This document shows positions 9,502-19,348 of a stretch of DNA of 64,000 bases, in pieces (position 1 is the first letter of the stretch; every line of letters begins with the position of its first letter). Below the pieces are notes generated by a model, which saw only the letters and a list, made by a program, of their open reading frames with translations, was not told where the DNA came from and searched no databases. Origin of the DNA: Bdellovibrionales bacterium. GTDB taxonomy: Bacteria > Bdellovibrionota > UBA1018 > CAIMNF01. A program made the position numbers and the translations under genes. The stretch lies in assembly GCA_040380025.1 (NCBI GenBank), contig JBEIJY010000001.1, positions 125,307-189,306 on the forward strand, given 5' to 3'.

Positions 9502-10253
9502 CGGATATGTGCTCCTGTTGTGAAGGATTTCACCAAAGCGTGATCGGAATGCCTCATTTCGTCGATGCCCATGACGAGCTCGATCCGCCCCTGGTTCAGG
9601 ATCGCGATGCGATCGCAGATCTCGAATGCGGCGGGAATGTCATGGGTGACGAAGATCCCGGTCATGCCGCGTCTCTTGAACGCAAGGATGTTCTGCAGAA
9701 GGCGGGCCGTGTTCACCGGGTCGAGGCCCGCGGTCGGCTCGTCGAACAGGACCACCTTGGGCTGGAGAATGATCGCACGCGCGAATCCGGCGCGCTTTTG
9801 CATCCCTCCCGAGAGCTCGTTCGGCAGAAGGGAGTTGGCCCCCTTCATGTCGATCATCTCGAGCAGTTCGTCGACGCGCTCCCGGATCTCGGTCCGGGTC
9901 ATGTGCGCATGGGCCTGCAGGGGGTAGGCGAGGTTCTCTTCGACCGTGAGGGAGTCGAAGAGCGCGCCGTTCTGGAAGACATACGAAATCCGGGTGCGGA
10001 TGTCGAAGAGCTCCCGTTCCGAGAGGGGAACCAGATCCCGTCCCTCGAAGAGGATCTCGCCCTCGTCCGGACGCTCGAGCCCGATGATCGAGCGGAGGAT
10101 CACGCTCTTTCCGCTGCCGGACCCGCCGAAGAGACCAAGAATCTCTCCCTCGTGCAGATCGAGGCTCACGCCCCGGTGCACCACTTTCTCGCCGAAGGAT
10201 TTCTTCAGGTTCCGCAGGCTCAGGACGACCGGATTGGATTTTTGCTCACTCAT
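9498..10253 (-). CDS. mlaF: MlaF-type ABC ATPase
   Basis: GGSGSGKS, FQNGALFDSL, LSGGMQKR, FDEPTAGLDP, VTHD. Confidence 0.92.
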   Translation of the reverse strand: MSEQKSNPVVLSLRNLKKSFGEKVVHRGVSLDLHEGEILGLFGGSGSGKSVILRSIIGLERPDEGEILFEGRDLVPLSERELFDIRTRISYVFQNGALFDSLTVEENLAYPLQAHAHMTRTEIRERVDELLEMIDMKGANSLLPNELSGGMQKRAGFARAIILQPKVVLFDEPTAGLDPVNTARLLQNILAFKRRGMTGIFVTHDIPAAFEICDRIAILNQGRIELVMGIDEMRHSDHALVKSFTTGAHIR

Positions 10254-10260
10254 GGCGGGG

Positions 10261-11058
10261 TCAGTACCTCGGAAACACCGTGATGATGAAGAACTTGGTC
10301 AGGAAGAAATCGGCGATCATGATGAAGATCGAGCTCGTGACCACGACCCAGGTCGTGGTTTCGCCGACGCCCTGGGTGCCACCCTCGGTGTTGAGGCCTT
10401 TCCAGCAGGCCGAGATCGCGATGAAAAACGCGAAGACAAGGGTCTTGGCCATGCCCGTGAAGAGATCGGCCAGCGTCAGGGTTTCAAGAATCTTGGCATA
10501 AAAAAAACTGATTCCGATGTTCAGCTCGAATTTTGCGATCAGCATCGCGCCGATCAGGCCCACGTAATCGGCCAGCAGGGTCAGAATCGGAAGCGCGAGC
10601 ATGCAGGCGAAAAGCCTTGGAATCACGATCCTCTCGATCGGAGAGGTGCCGAGCGCCCGGATCGCGTCGATCTGCTGGGTCACCTTCATCGAGGCGATCT
10701 CGGAGGCCATGCCCGAGCCGATCCGGCCCGCAACGAGCAGGCTCGTGAACACCGGCCCCATTTCGCGCAAAATCGAAAGAGCGGTGATTTTCGGCACGTA
10801 CAGGGTTCCGCCGAAGCGGGCGAGCCCGTAGCCGAACTGGAGTGCCATCACCGAGCCGGTCGCGAGTCCCGTGATCAGGACCAGCAAAAGAGACTCGACG
10901 CCGATCGCGTATGCTTGCTTCACGATGAGCCGGAAGGGGATGGGCCCGCGAATCGCCTCGCCGAAGGCCTGCCAGCTCAAGGACGCGAATCCTCCCGCAA
11001 AGCGGGTCGCGCTCAGAACTCGAAAACCGATTTTTCCGGGGAGAGTGGATTCGTTCAC
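10261..11058 (-). CDS. mlaE: MlaE-type permease
   Basis: REMGPVFTSLLVAGRIGS, MKVTQQIDAIRALG, GGTQGVG. Confidence 0.93.
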   Translation of the reverse strand: MNESTLPGKIGFRVLSATRFAGGFASLSWQAFGEAIRGPIPFRLIVKQAYAIGVESLLLVLITGLATGSVMALQFGYGLARFGGTLYVPKITALSILREMGPVFTSLLVAGRIGSGMASEIASMKVTQQIDAIRALGTSPIERIVIPRLFACMLALPILTLLADYVGLIGAMLIAKFELNIGISFFYAKILETLTLADLFTGMAKTLVFAFFIAISACWKGLNTEGGTQGVGETTTWVVVTSSIFIMIADFFLTKFFIITVFPRY

Positions 11059-11582
11059 TGGAACTCCACGCTATCACGGAACCCGAGAAATGCGGAGAGC
11101 TCCTGATCGAAGCTCGGGACCGGTCCGAGAAACACCAGGTCGTAGGTGCAGCCGGGAGTGCGAAGCACGAAGGTGCGGATTTTGCGCTCGTTCCCGAGAT
11201 AGGTGCCGATGGCGGTGGTTTCTTGAGCGGGAAAGCCGCGAAAGAGCAGGTCTTTCCGCGAAAGAATGGTGAGGCTGTCCCACTGCGAAAGCAGAAAATC
11301 AGTGACTTCGCCGACTCCCCGGAGCTTGTTCGAGGAACTCCGGCAGGCCGAGCTGAGCGAGATCACGGCCGATGTCTTCCCGGACTGCCAGGCGGCATCG
11401 GGAGAGTCGGAATCGGCGTCCGATCCTGCGCGGAGGTCGACTTTCTTCCAGCCCAGGGGCTCGAGGATGGCCGCACCCGCCGATCCGTTGACGGCCTTCT
11501 CTTCGACGGGCTTCACGTGTCCGACCAGGATGCTGCAGGAGCCGAGGAAAAATGCAAAAAGGGGCAGGATCAGCAATCTCAT
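11055..11582 (-). CDS. Putative lipoprotein heading the mla operon
   Basis: Lipobox FLGSC; ATGA overlap with mlaE. Confidence 0.75.
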   Translation of the reverse strand: MRLLILPLFAFFLGSCSILVGHVKPVEEKAVNGSAGAAILEPLGWKKVDLRAGSDADSDSPDAAWQSGKTSAVISLSSACRSSSNKLRGVGEVTDFLLSQWDSLTILSRKDLLFRGFPAQETTAIGTYLGNERKIRTFVLRTPGCTYDLVFLGPVPSFDQELSAFLGFRDSVEFQ

Positions 11583-11721
11583 GGATTCCCTTCGATTTTA
11601 GGGGAGCGATGCCCGATTGAGAAGGGCAAAAATGGGGAATCTGCAAATCGGGATTGCGGCAGGCTCGGAGAATCTGCAACAATGGGAAAGAAGTACCCGG
11701 CAATTCACGACTAGGAAGGGA

Positions 11722-14517
11722 GTGATCGCTACGGTGAAGACCGCTCGAATCATCACATGGATCGTTGCAGGCAAGGCCGCAATTCTGGGCGCAGGCCTGC
11801 TTTTTCTTCCGGGCCGGGTCGCAGGCGCCCCGGGCTTCGACGGCTCGATCGAGATCGAGACCCGTCCGACCCATTCGCGACTGATGGTCTCGCTCGATTC
11901 CTCATTCACGCCTGTTTTCCATGATTCCGAAAAGGGCTTCCGGATCGAAATCCCCGTGGCCACGCTGATGGACATCGGGGTTCCGTTCGGAGCGGAGGCG
12001 GCATTCAACCAACGGTTGAAGGAGCTTGCCGACGAGCGCCTGGCCGGCATCCGCGTGCGCGAGCTCGAGGGCCGGCTCGAGATCACGGGAGAGTACCGGT
12101 TTCCGGAAGGGGAGCGCGCGTTCGCCTATCCGAAAATGGAGCATTTTGACTTCCGCAAGGATGGCCAGGGACGGTTTTTGATCGATTTCTTTTACCGGAA
12201 AGGTCCCACCCGGATCGAGGTCGCGCGGGAGCAAAGAGCTCTCAAGATCCGTCAGGAACGCGAAAAGGCCGAACTCTTCCGAAAGAAAGAGGAAGAAAAG
12301 AAGGTGCTCCGCGAGAAGAGAATCGCCGACGGCCGGAACGCACTCCGATTCTGCGAGCAGCCTTTCAACCGCGAGACCACCGTATTCTTGAAGTTCCGTC
12401 CCGAGCATGAGGCGATTGACTTTCATGAGTATTTCTCGGCCAAGATCCCGGATCATCGCTTCGAGTACACCGAGCCGAAGGGAAAAGACGAGGAGGCGGG
12501 AATGGTGCGTCTCGCGCTGAAGCTCGCTCGCGAGAACCGTCATGCGCTCGCCATCCGCACGGTGGATTTCCTCGAAAAAGAGCATCCGAAATCGAAGCAT
12601 CGCACCGAGATGCGGTTTTTGAAGGCGAGTGCGTACTTCCGGCTCGATCAGCCCGAGAAGGGGCGCGCGCTCCTGCGGGAGCTGGCGAAAAGTCCGGATG
12701 CCACCGAGGCGGGATTCCAGGCTGCCGGTTTTCTTGCGGCCGCCGACCTGTGGGAATCGCGTTGGCTCTCGGCATTCGACCTGCTGATGCGACAGAAGAA
12801 AATCCATCCCGATCACCCGCTGATCTGGCTCGTCCGGTACGGAATCGCCGAATCCCTGTATCAGATCCGCCAGGGGGATCAGGCGCGGGAAGAGCTCGAG
12901 TGGATCGCAAAAAACGCACCCAAGCCCGAGATTCGTGCTCGCGCGGCGTTTCAGATGGGGGATGTGTTCCTCGAGCGCGGGCAGTATGCGCAGGCAGTGA
13001 CGGGCTATACCGAGGCCCTGAAGGGCCGCGAAGCGCTTTTGCCCTCGTACCCGGCGGTGCTCTTGAACCTGGCCGAGGCGTACTTCCAGCTGGATGAGAT
13101 GGATCGCGCACGGACCACCCTCCAGAAGTTCCTCGAGGTCGGGCCTTCCCACATCGGCGCCTGGCGGGCGAGCATCCGGCTTGCCGAGCTCTCGGCCATG
13201 ACCGATGGCTTGAACGAAAAGACCGAGAAAGACTTCATGGAGACGATCAACCGGTATCCGCTGTCTCCGGGCTCCCTGGTGGCGCGAATCCGCCTGCTTC
13301 CGTGCGGTAGTCACGGCGGCTTTGATCTGCCTTCGGCCGACCGGCTCTTGTATTCGCCGGAAGTGCTGGATTTTCCGGCGGATGGCGCGATCCGCTCGAA
13401 CCAGTTCCGGGAGCTGGTGGGGCTCACCGAGGTCAGGATGCTGATCTCCTTTGGCGAGCACCAGAAGGCGATCGACCGCGGACTTCTCAGGCTCCGTGCG
13501 AACCCCGGCATCGAGACCAGGAAGCTGATCGAGCAGGCCATGATCGGCGCGATCAAGATGATTCTCGAGAAAAAACTCGACGCCGCCGATCACTTCGGAG
13601 CGATCGCTTTTTACGAGAAATTCGGCGATTTTCTGCCACTTCCGGCCCATGATCCCCTCGTGGACGAGCTGAAGATGCGCCTCGCAACCGTGTCGGCGCA
13701 GAAAGGTCTCACCCGCTTCGCCCTGAAGCTGATCGAGCCCTACCGGATGATGAACGAGGCGAGCCGCAAAGAGGTGATTGCGGCGATCGAAAAGCATGTG
13801 ACCCTCGAAGGACAAGATGACCAGGAAGAACGAAACCTGGTCGAGGCGAAAACCCTTTGGAATGGCGCGGACTTTAAAGTTGAGGAGCAGGGGCCATCTG
13901 ACCAGCTGGTGGCCCGTCTCGGGGCAATCCGGGACGAATCGAAACAGGGCTTCGAGAAGAACCTGATTCTGGCTCTTTTTTATCGCGAGAAGAAGGAGTT
14001 TGGGAAGGCGCTCGAGCACGCCAAGCGCCTCGAAAAGGGCATCATTGCCTTAAAGCCGCGGGAAAAAGCGCAGATCCGGGCGTTTGCGGGCGATGTGGCC
14101 GGCGAGGCGAAGGACGCGGACTTTGCGGCAAAATCCTGGCGTGAGGCGCGAATCGCACTTGCGCAGGCAACCGCAGAGGACCGGGGCGAGCTTCCGTTCC
14201 GTCGTCTTGGTCCGGTGCCGACCATGGCATTTCTCGTGCAAAGCGAGGGAGAAGCGCTGGAAAAGGGGCAAAAATGGAAAGAAGCCGTTGCTCTTTACTC
14301 GGAAGCCGTGGACAATAAAATTGGAGGGAATCTCCTGCTTTACTCGCATGCAAAAGCGGTTTTGCGGGCCGGCGGGAAGGATTCCAAAGCGGTGGCCGCC
14401 GCTTCTCTCAAAAAAATCGAACAGAGTCAGGAAGACGATGTTTGGAAGCGGCTGGCAAGGGAAACCTTGAATGAAATTGCCAAGGAGGGCGATGTCGATG
14501 GTCAGCGGAATCCGTGA
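11722..14517 (+). CDS. Large exported TPR-repeat protein at the head of the flagellar operon
   Basis: Signal/TM segment followed by multiple TPR-like helices (AESLYQ, GDVFLERGQY, AEAYFQLDE); start uncertain (GTG 11722 or 11734, after GGAAGGGAG). Confidence 0.8.
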   Translation: MIATVKTARIITWIVAGKAAILGAGLLFLPGRVAGAPGFDGSIEIETRPTHSRLMVSLDSSFTPVFHDSEKGFRIEIPVATLMDIGVPFGAEAAFNQRLKELADERLAGIRVRELEGRLEITGEYRFPEGERAFAYPKMEHFDFRKDGQGRFLIDFFYRKGPTRIEVAREQRALKIRQEREKAELFRKKEEEKKVLREKRIADGRNALRFCEQPFNRETTVFLKFRPEHEAIDFHEYFSAKIPDHRFEYTEPKGKDEEAGMVRLALKLARENRHALAIRTVDFLEKEHPKSKHRTEMRFLKASAYFRLDQPEKGRALLRELAKSPDATEAGFQAAGFLAAADLWESRWLSAFDLLMRQKKIHPDHPLIWLVRYGIAESLYQIRQGDQAREELEWIAKNAPKPEIRARAAFQMGDVFLERGQYAQAVTGYTEALKGREALLPSYPAVLLNLAEAYFQLDEMDRARTTLQKFLEVGPSHIGAWRASIRLAELSAMTDGLNEKTEKDFMETINRYPLSPGSLVARIRLLPCGSHGGFDLPSADRLLYSPEVLDFPADGAIRSNQFRELVGLTEVRMLISFGEHQKAIDRGLLRLRANPGIETRKLIEQAMIGAIKMILEKKLDAADHFGAIAFYEKFGDFLPLPAHDPLVDELKMRLATVSAQKGLTRFALKLIEPYRMMNEASRKEVIAAIEKHVTLEGQDDQEERNLVEAKTLWNGADFKVEEQGPSDQLVARLGAIRDESKQGFEKNLILALFYREKKEFGKALEHAKRLEKGIIALKPREKAQIRAFAGDVAGEAKDADFAAKSWREARIALAQATAEDRGELPFRRLGPVPTMAFLVQSEGEALEKGQKWKEAVALYSEAVDNKIGGNLLLYSHAKAVLRAGGKDSKAVAAASLKKIEQSQEDDVWKRLARETLNEIAKEGDVDGQRNP

Positions 14518-15439
14518 ACACAACGAGACAGGCAATCAGCACAACGAAACCGGAATGCCGGTGCATCCCGCGCGGGCCGGCAGTGTGGATCGTCAGTACA
14601 ACGAACTCCTTTCGCTCGCCGCAACCGTTGCGAAGAGCAAAGCGGGCGTCCTGATCACCGGCGAGACCGGCACCGGAAAACGCTCGCTCGCCCGATATAT
14701 TCACGAAAACAGTTCCCGCTCCTCGAAATCCTTCTTGCTATTGAATTGCCGCGAGACTGCACCCGGAGACCAGGACCGGATGCTCGAAAGCCATCTGATG
14801 CAGGCGCGGGGATCGACCCTGATTCTTGCCGAGGTCTGGAAGCTCGTCGCCGCTGCGCAGACCCGTTTGATTTCTTGTCTTCGGAGCGGCGAGGACATCC
14901 GGATCATCGCGACCAGCTCCCGTCCCCTGGCCGGAGCCGTGCGGAGCGGCGACCTGAAGGAAGAGCTGTATCATCGCCTGAATGTGGTGAATCTGAGAGT
15001 GCCGAGCCTGCATGAGCGGATCGGGGACATCGAGGTTCTGGCGCGCTCGATGATCGCATCGTTCGGGGCGTCGCAGGGACGTCCGGGACTCATTTTGAGC
15101 GAAGAGGCCGTGTTGCTTTTGAATTCCCACCGGTTTCCGGGGAATCTGCGCGAGCTCCAGTCAGTCTGCGAAAGGGCCGTGCTCGTCGCACAAGGATCCG
15201 AAGTCCGCGCGCGCGACATCCAGTTCCAGCAGGGCGAGGCCGCATCAGTCCGCGCCGATTCGGGAGCGCCGGTCTGGCGTCCGGGCAGGACCTTGGACGA
15301 GATCGAGCGCAATGTGATTCTCGAGGCACTCAAGCATTACTCGGGGAATCGCACCCATACGGCAAAAGCCCTTGGCATCTCGATCCGGACGCTCCGGAAC
15401 AAGCTTGCCGAGTTCCGGGTGATGGGAATCAAGGCGTGA
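14498..15439 (+). CDS. Degenerate sigma54-activator (bEBP)-like regulator with Fis-type HTH
   Basis: GETGTGK, RIIATS, ELYHRLNV, FPGNLREL, GNRTHTAKALGISIRTLRNKL; no GAFTGA and no REC domain; AAGGAGG at 14482-14488 supports a start at 14492 or 14498. Confidence 0.85.
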   Translation: MVSGIREHNETGNQHNETGMPVHPARAGSVDRQYNELLSLAATVAKSKAGVLITGETGTGKRSLARYIHENSSRSSKSFLLLNCRETAPGDQDRMLESHLMQARGSTLILAEVWKLVAAAQTRLISCLRSGEDIRIIATSSRPLAGAVRSGDLKEELYHRLNVVNLRVPSLHERIGDIEVLARSMIASFGASQGRPGLILSEEAVLLLNSHRFPGNLRELQSVCERAVLVAQGSEVRARDIQFQQGEAASVRADSGAPVWRPGRTLDEIERNVILEALKHYSGNRTHTAKALGISIRTLRNKLAEFRVMGIKA

Positions 15440-15443
15440 GGGG

Positions 15444-15863
15444 ATGTCGATGAAGGGAATGTTCGATCCGACGATCAGTGCGTTGAGACAGAATCTGAAT
15501 CTCAGGCTCGAGAATCAGAATGTGATCTCGGCGAACATCGCCAATGCCGACACTCCCGGCTACAAGGCGCGGACGGCGAACTTCGAACATGCCCTGCGCG
15601 ATGCAATGGATACGGGAGCCGACATCAAGCTCGACACGGGACACGTCGGGCACCTCGGATCGCCGGGAATCGAGGACGTGAAGGCCGATGTGTACGACGA
15701 TCCGAATGGGGTGGAGTCGCTCGATGGCAACACCGTCGATCGTGCCGCCGAGATGGCGAAAATGAAAGAGAATGAGATTCTATACAACGCCTCGATCGAG
15801 TCGTTGCGGAAGAAACTCGGGATGCTCGAGTACGGGATTTCGGAAGGCGGAGGTAACAAATAA
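15444..15863 (+). CDS. flgB: Flagellar rod protein FlgB
   Basis: NIANADTPGYKA, DGNTVD. Confidence 0.95.
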   Translation: MSMKGMFDPTISALRQNLNLRLENQNVISANIANADTPGYKARTANFEHALRDAMDTGADIKLDTGHVGHLGSPGIEDVKADVYDDPNGVESLDGNTVDRAAEMAKMKENEILYNASIESLRKKLGMLEYGISEGGGNK

Positions 15864-16285
15864 TGGCTGATTTTTTCTCGTCCATGAGGGTGAGCGCATC
15901 GGGGCTCGATGCCCAGATGAAGCGGATGAACACGATCTCTTCGAACATCGCGAATGCCGAAACCACCGGATACCGGAGGAAGGACGCAGAGTTCACCGCC
16001 ACCCCGGACCGCGAGAGCTTCGGCGAGATCCTCCAGAACAAGGTGGATGAGTCGGTCCAGGGGGTCATGGTGACCGATGTGCGCGAGGATGAAAAGCCCC
16101 AGCGTTTGGTCTACAAGCCCGATGATCCCCGCGCCAATGCGGACGGATACATCGAGATGCCGAATGTGAATCCGGTGAAGGAGATGGCCGACATGATCAG
16201 CGCCCAGCGTTCGTACGAGGCGAACATCACCGCGATCGGCGCCGCCACCCAGATGGCGAACAAGGCACTGGAGCTCGGTAGATGA
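15863..16285 (+). CDS. flgC: Flagellar rod protein FlgC
   Basis: SASGLDAQ, NIANAET, MPNVN, SAQRSYEAN. Confidence 0.95.
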   Translation: MADFFSSMRVSASGLDAQMKRMNTISSNIANAETTGYRRKDAEFTATPDRESFGEILQNKVDESVQGVMVTDVREDEKPQRLVYKPDDPRANADGYIEMPNVNPVKEMADMISAQRSYEANITAIGAATQMANKALELGR

Positions 16286-16620
16286 ATTCGGTTTCAGGTT
16301 CCGTGAAGCAGTTTGATCCCGATCTGGGCCTGCTCCAAGCCGAGCGCCTGTCGACAGGCAACGCTCCCGAGGCGGGCAAGGCCGGGAATACCATGCCCGG
16401 CGGAGGCTTCCTCGATGCCCTGAGCAAGTCGATGGAAGAGGTGAACGAAGAGCAACTGAAGGCCGATCAAGGCATCAAGGAGCTCGTGGCGGGGAAGAGC
16501 AAGAATATCCACGAAACCATGCTCCAGATCCAGAAGGCCGAGCTTTCGTTGAAGGCCATGATGCAGGTCCGGAACAAGGTTCTCGAAGCCTACAAGGAAA
16601 TCATGAGGATGCAGGTGTAG
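16282..16620 (+). CDS. fliE: Hook-basal body protein FliE
   Basis: KAELSL...VRNKVLEAYKEIMRMQV. Confidence 0.95.
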   Translation: MNSVSGSVKQFDPDLGLLQAERLSTGNAPEAGKAGNTMPGGGFLDALSKSMEEVNEEQLKADQGIKELVAGKSKNIHETMLQIQKAELSLKAMMQVRNKVLEAYKEIMRMQV

Positions 16621-16621
16621 T

Positions 16622-18310
16622 ATGGAATTTTTGAATCGGGTTTCAGCGCAGATCAAGGACTTCGTGAGCGGGCTCTCGGCCTCGCGAAAGATGGCCCTCG
16701 CCGTGACGGGGACGGGAATTCTCGCCATTCTCGGAGGATTGTTCCTTTGGGCCTCGAAACAGGGGTATCAGCCGATCACCTACGGAACCCTGAACGCCGA
16801 GGACTCCGCGAATGTGATGCGGCTCCTTCGCGAAAAAAAGGTTCCGTTCCAGGTGGATCCCGCCGGCAAGCAGATCATGGTTCCGCCCGAGTACCTGAAC
16901 GACCTTCGACTCGAACTCGCCATGCAGGGCATGCCCCAGAGCTCGGGAGTGGGGTATGAGCTGTTCGACAAGCAAGCCTTCGGCACAACGAGCTTTTTGA
17001 ACAAGGTGAACCAGAAGCGCGCGCTCGAGGGCGAGCTCATGCGTTCGATCAATACGATCAAGGGCGTGAAGCGCTCCCGCGTGCACCTTGCCGTGCCCGA
17101 CAAGACCGCCTTCGTCGAGGACCAGAAGAAGCCCACGGCATCGGTGGTGCTCGATCTCGAAGGCGGCACCCTGCTGAGCGAGAAGCAGGTGTACGGCGTC
17201 ACCCATCTGGTGGCGAGCGCGGTCGAGGGGATGGATCCAGGGAATGTGGTGATTCTGGACTCGATGGGGAAGACCCTCTCGAAAAACAACCAGGATTCGG
17301 TCATCGGGCTGACCAGCGAGCAGACCGACTTCAAACGGAAGCTCGAAGAGGATTATCAGCGCAGGGTCGAGGAGATTCTGAGCAAGGTCGTCGGAGAAGG
17401 CCATGTGAAGGTCGCCGTGACCGCCGATCTCGACTTCTCGAACGTGTCGGAACAGCAAACCATCCTCGATCAGGACGGCGCCACGATTCGATCTCAGCAA
17501 AAAACGAACGAGAGCATGGAAGGGTCCCGCCCCGTGGCATCGGGAGCGCCCGGAGCCGCCTCGAACACGCCGGGCGAGCAACCCAATGTGGTCCAGCAGA
17601 ATTCCGCAAAGAACAACACCCAGAAAACCAACGAGATCGTGAACTACGACATTCCGAAAATCGTCCGCACCACCCAAAAGCCCGTGGGGTCGGTGAAGAA
17701 GCTCTCGGTGGCGGTGCTGGTCGACAGCAAGCAGGTCAAAACCACGGGAGCCGACGGGAAGGTTGAGACCAAACCCGAGGCCTGGAGCGCCGACAAGATG
17801 AAAGAATTCGAGGCGCTCGTCTCGGGAGCGCTCGCGCTCGACAAAAAGCGGGGCGACACGCTGGAGTTCAAGAACATCGACTTCGTCCCGGAGGATTTCG
17901 AGGAGGCGCAGCGGATTCTCGATGCCGCCGCCACCCGGAGTTATATCCAGAGCATGATCTCCTACGGGGTGATCGGGCTCGTGGTCCTCTTGTTCTTCTT
18001 TCTCGTCGTCCGGCCGTACATCCGCTGGGTGACCGAGAACACCACCGACAGCGTCGAGACCTTCCTCCCGCAGACCATCGAGGAGCTCGAGAAAATCCAA
18101 AAAAGCAGCTCGCTCTCGCAACTGGATGAGGTGGTTCCGGATCTGCCCGACCGGCTCGATCCCGAGAAGGTCGAGGGCGAGATGATCCGCGAGAAGATCG
18201 TGACCCTTGTGGACAACAATCCCCAGAAAGGGGCCCTGATTTTGAAGGAATGGATCGCCCAGAAGAAAGCCGTGAAGGAAGACAAGCCGGCCAAGGGCGC
18301 AAGCGCGTAA
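16622..18310 (+). CDS. fliF: MS-ring protein FliF
   Basis: GYELFD, RALEGELMRSI, RVHL, PTASV, two TM segments. Confidence 0.96.
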   Translation: MEFLNRVSAQIKDFVSGLSASRKMALAVTGTGILAILGGLFLWASKQGYQPITYGTLNAEDSANVMRLLREKKVPFQVDPAGKQIMVPPEYLNDLRLELAMQGMPQSSGVGYELFDKQAFGTTSFLNKVNQKRALEGELMRSINTIKGVKRSRVHLAVPDKTAFVEDQKKPTASVVLDLEGGTLLSEKQVYGVTHLVASAVEGMDPGNVVILDSMGKTLSKNNQDSVIGLTSEQTDFKRKLEEDYQRRVEEILSKVVGEGHVKVAVTADLDFSNVSEQQTILDQDGATIRSQQKTNESMEGSRPVASGAPGAASNTPGEQPNVVQQNSAKNNTQKTNEIVNYDIPKIVRTTQKPVGSVKKLSVAVLVDSKQVKTTGADGKVETKPEAWSADKMKEFEALVSGALALDKKRGDTLEFKNIDFVPEDFEEAQRILDAAATRSYIQSMISYGVIGLVVLLFFFLVVRPYIRWVTENTTDSVETFLPQTIEELEKIQKSSSLSQLDEVVPDLPDRLDPEKVEGEMIREKIVTLVDNNPQKGALILKEWIAQKKAVKEDKPAKGASA

Positions 18311-18331
18311 ACCATCCGGGAGAAGACAGAG

Positions 18332-19348
18332 ATGATCGAAGCGGAATCGTATGAGAATCTGACAGGCCTCGACAAATCGGCGATTCTTTTGAACGTGCTC
18401 GGAAACCGCGTGACGGCCGAGATCTTCAAGCATCTGCGCGACAATGACGTCAAGCGCCTCGTGACCGCGATGGGGCAGGTGAGCAAGGTGCCGATCCCGG
18501 TCGTGAAGCAGGTTCTTGATGATTTCTATGCCGAGATCTCAGAAGAAGAACAGCTTATTTTCGGCCACGCCTCGGGCAAGGACTTCATTCTTGAGACCCT
18601 GGGAGAGGAGCGTGCGAAGACCGTGCTTGGCCAGCTCGCCGTAGTCGAGGGAAGCCGATCGCTCGAGGCGCTCGAGCTGGTCGATCCGCGCACCCTTGCG
18701 AACTTCCTCGTGAACGAACATCCGCAGACCACTGCGGTGGTTCTTGCCCATTTGAGCCCGGACAAAAAATGCGAGGTGCTCCGGAAGCTCCCCGAAACGA
18801 TCCAGACCGAGGTCGTGCTCCGGATTGCGAACCTCGATTTCATCTCGCCGTCGCTCCTCTCGCAAGTCGACGAGATCCTGAAGCAGGAACTCGCGACGCT
18901 CGGCTCGATCGACACCCAACAGTTGGGCGGGGTCTCGCCGATCGCCGAGATGCTCAACGTCATGGACAAGGGCACCGAGCAGGGGATCATGGCCAAGGTC
19001 GAGGAGCGGGATCCGCAACTCGCCGAGGAAATCCGCCGCCTGATGTTCGTGTTCGAGGACATCATCTTCATCGACGACCGCGGAATGCAGACGCTCCTGA
19101 AGGAAGTCCCGAACGACAAGCTCACGATCGCCATGAAGACCGCGCCCGAGGAGATCAAAGAGAAAATCTTCCGGAACATCTCGAAGCGCGCCGCCGACCT
19201 GCTTCGCGAGGACCTGCAGGCCATGCCGCCCGTGCGGCTCTCGGACGTCGAGACGGCCCAGCAGGAGATTGTGAACGTCGCCAAGCGGCTTGAGGCCGAA
19301 GGCAAGGTCATCATCAGTCGCGGTGGCGGAGAGGATGCACTCGTCTGA
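18332..19348 (+). CDS. fliG: Motor switch protein FliG
   Basis: EHPQT, MFVFED, VRLSDVETAQQEI. Confidence 0.96.
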   Translation: MIEAESYENLTGLDKSAILLNVLGNRVTAEIFKHLRDNDVKRLVTAMGQVSKVPIPVVKQVLDDFYAEISEEEQLIFGHASGKDFILETLGEERAKTVLGQLAVVEGSRSLEALELVDPRTLANFLVNEHPQTTAVVLAHLSPDKKCEVLRKLPETIQTEVVLRIANLDFISPSLLSQVDEILKQELATLGSIDTQQLGGVSPIAEMLNVMDKGTEQGIMAKVEERDPQLAEEIRRLMFVFEDIIFIDDRGMQTLLKEVPNDKLTIAMKTAPEEIKEKIFRNISKRAADLLREDLQAMPPVRLSDVETAQQEIVNVAKRLEAEGKVIISRGGGEDALV

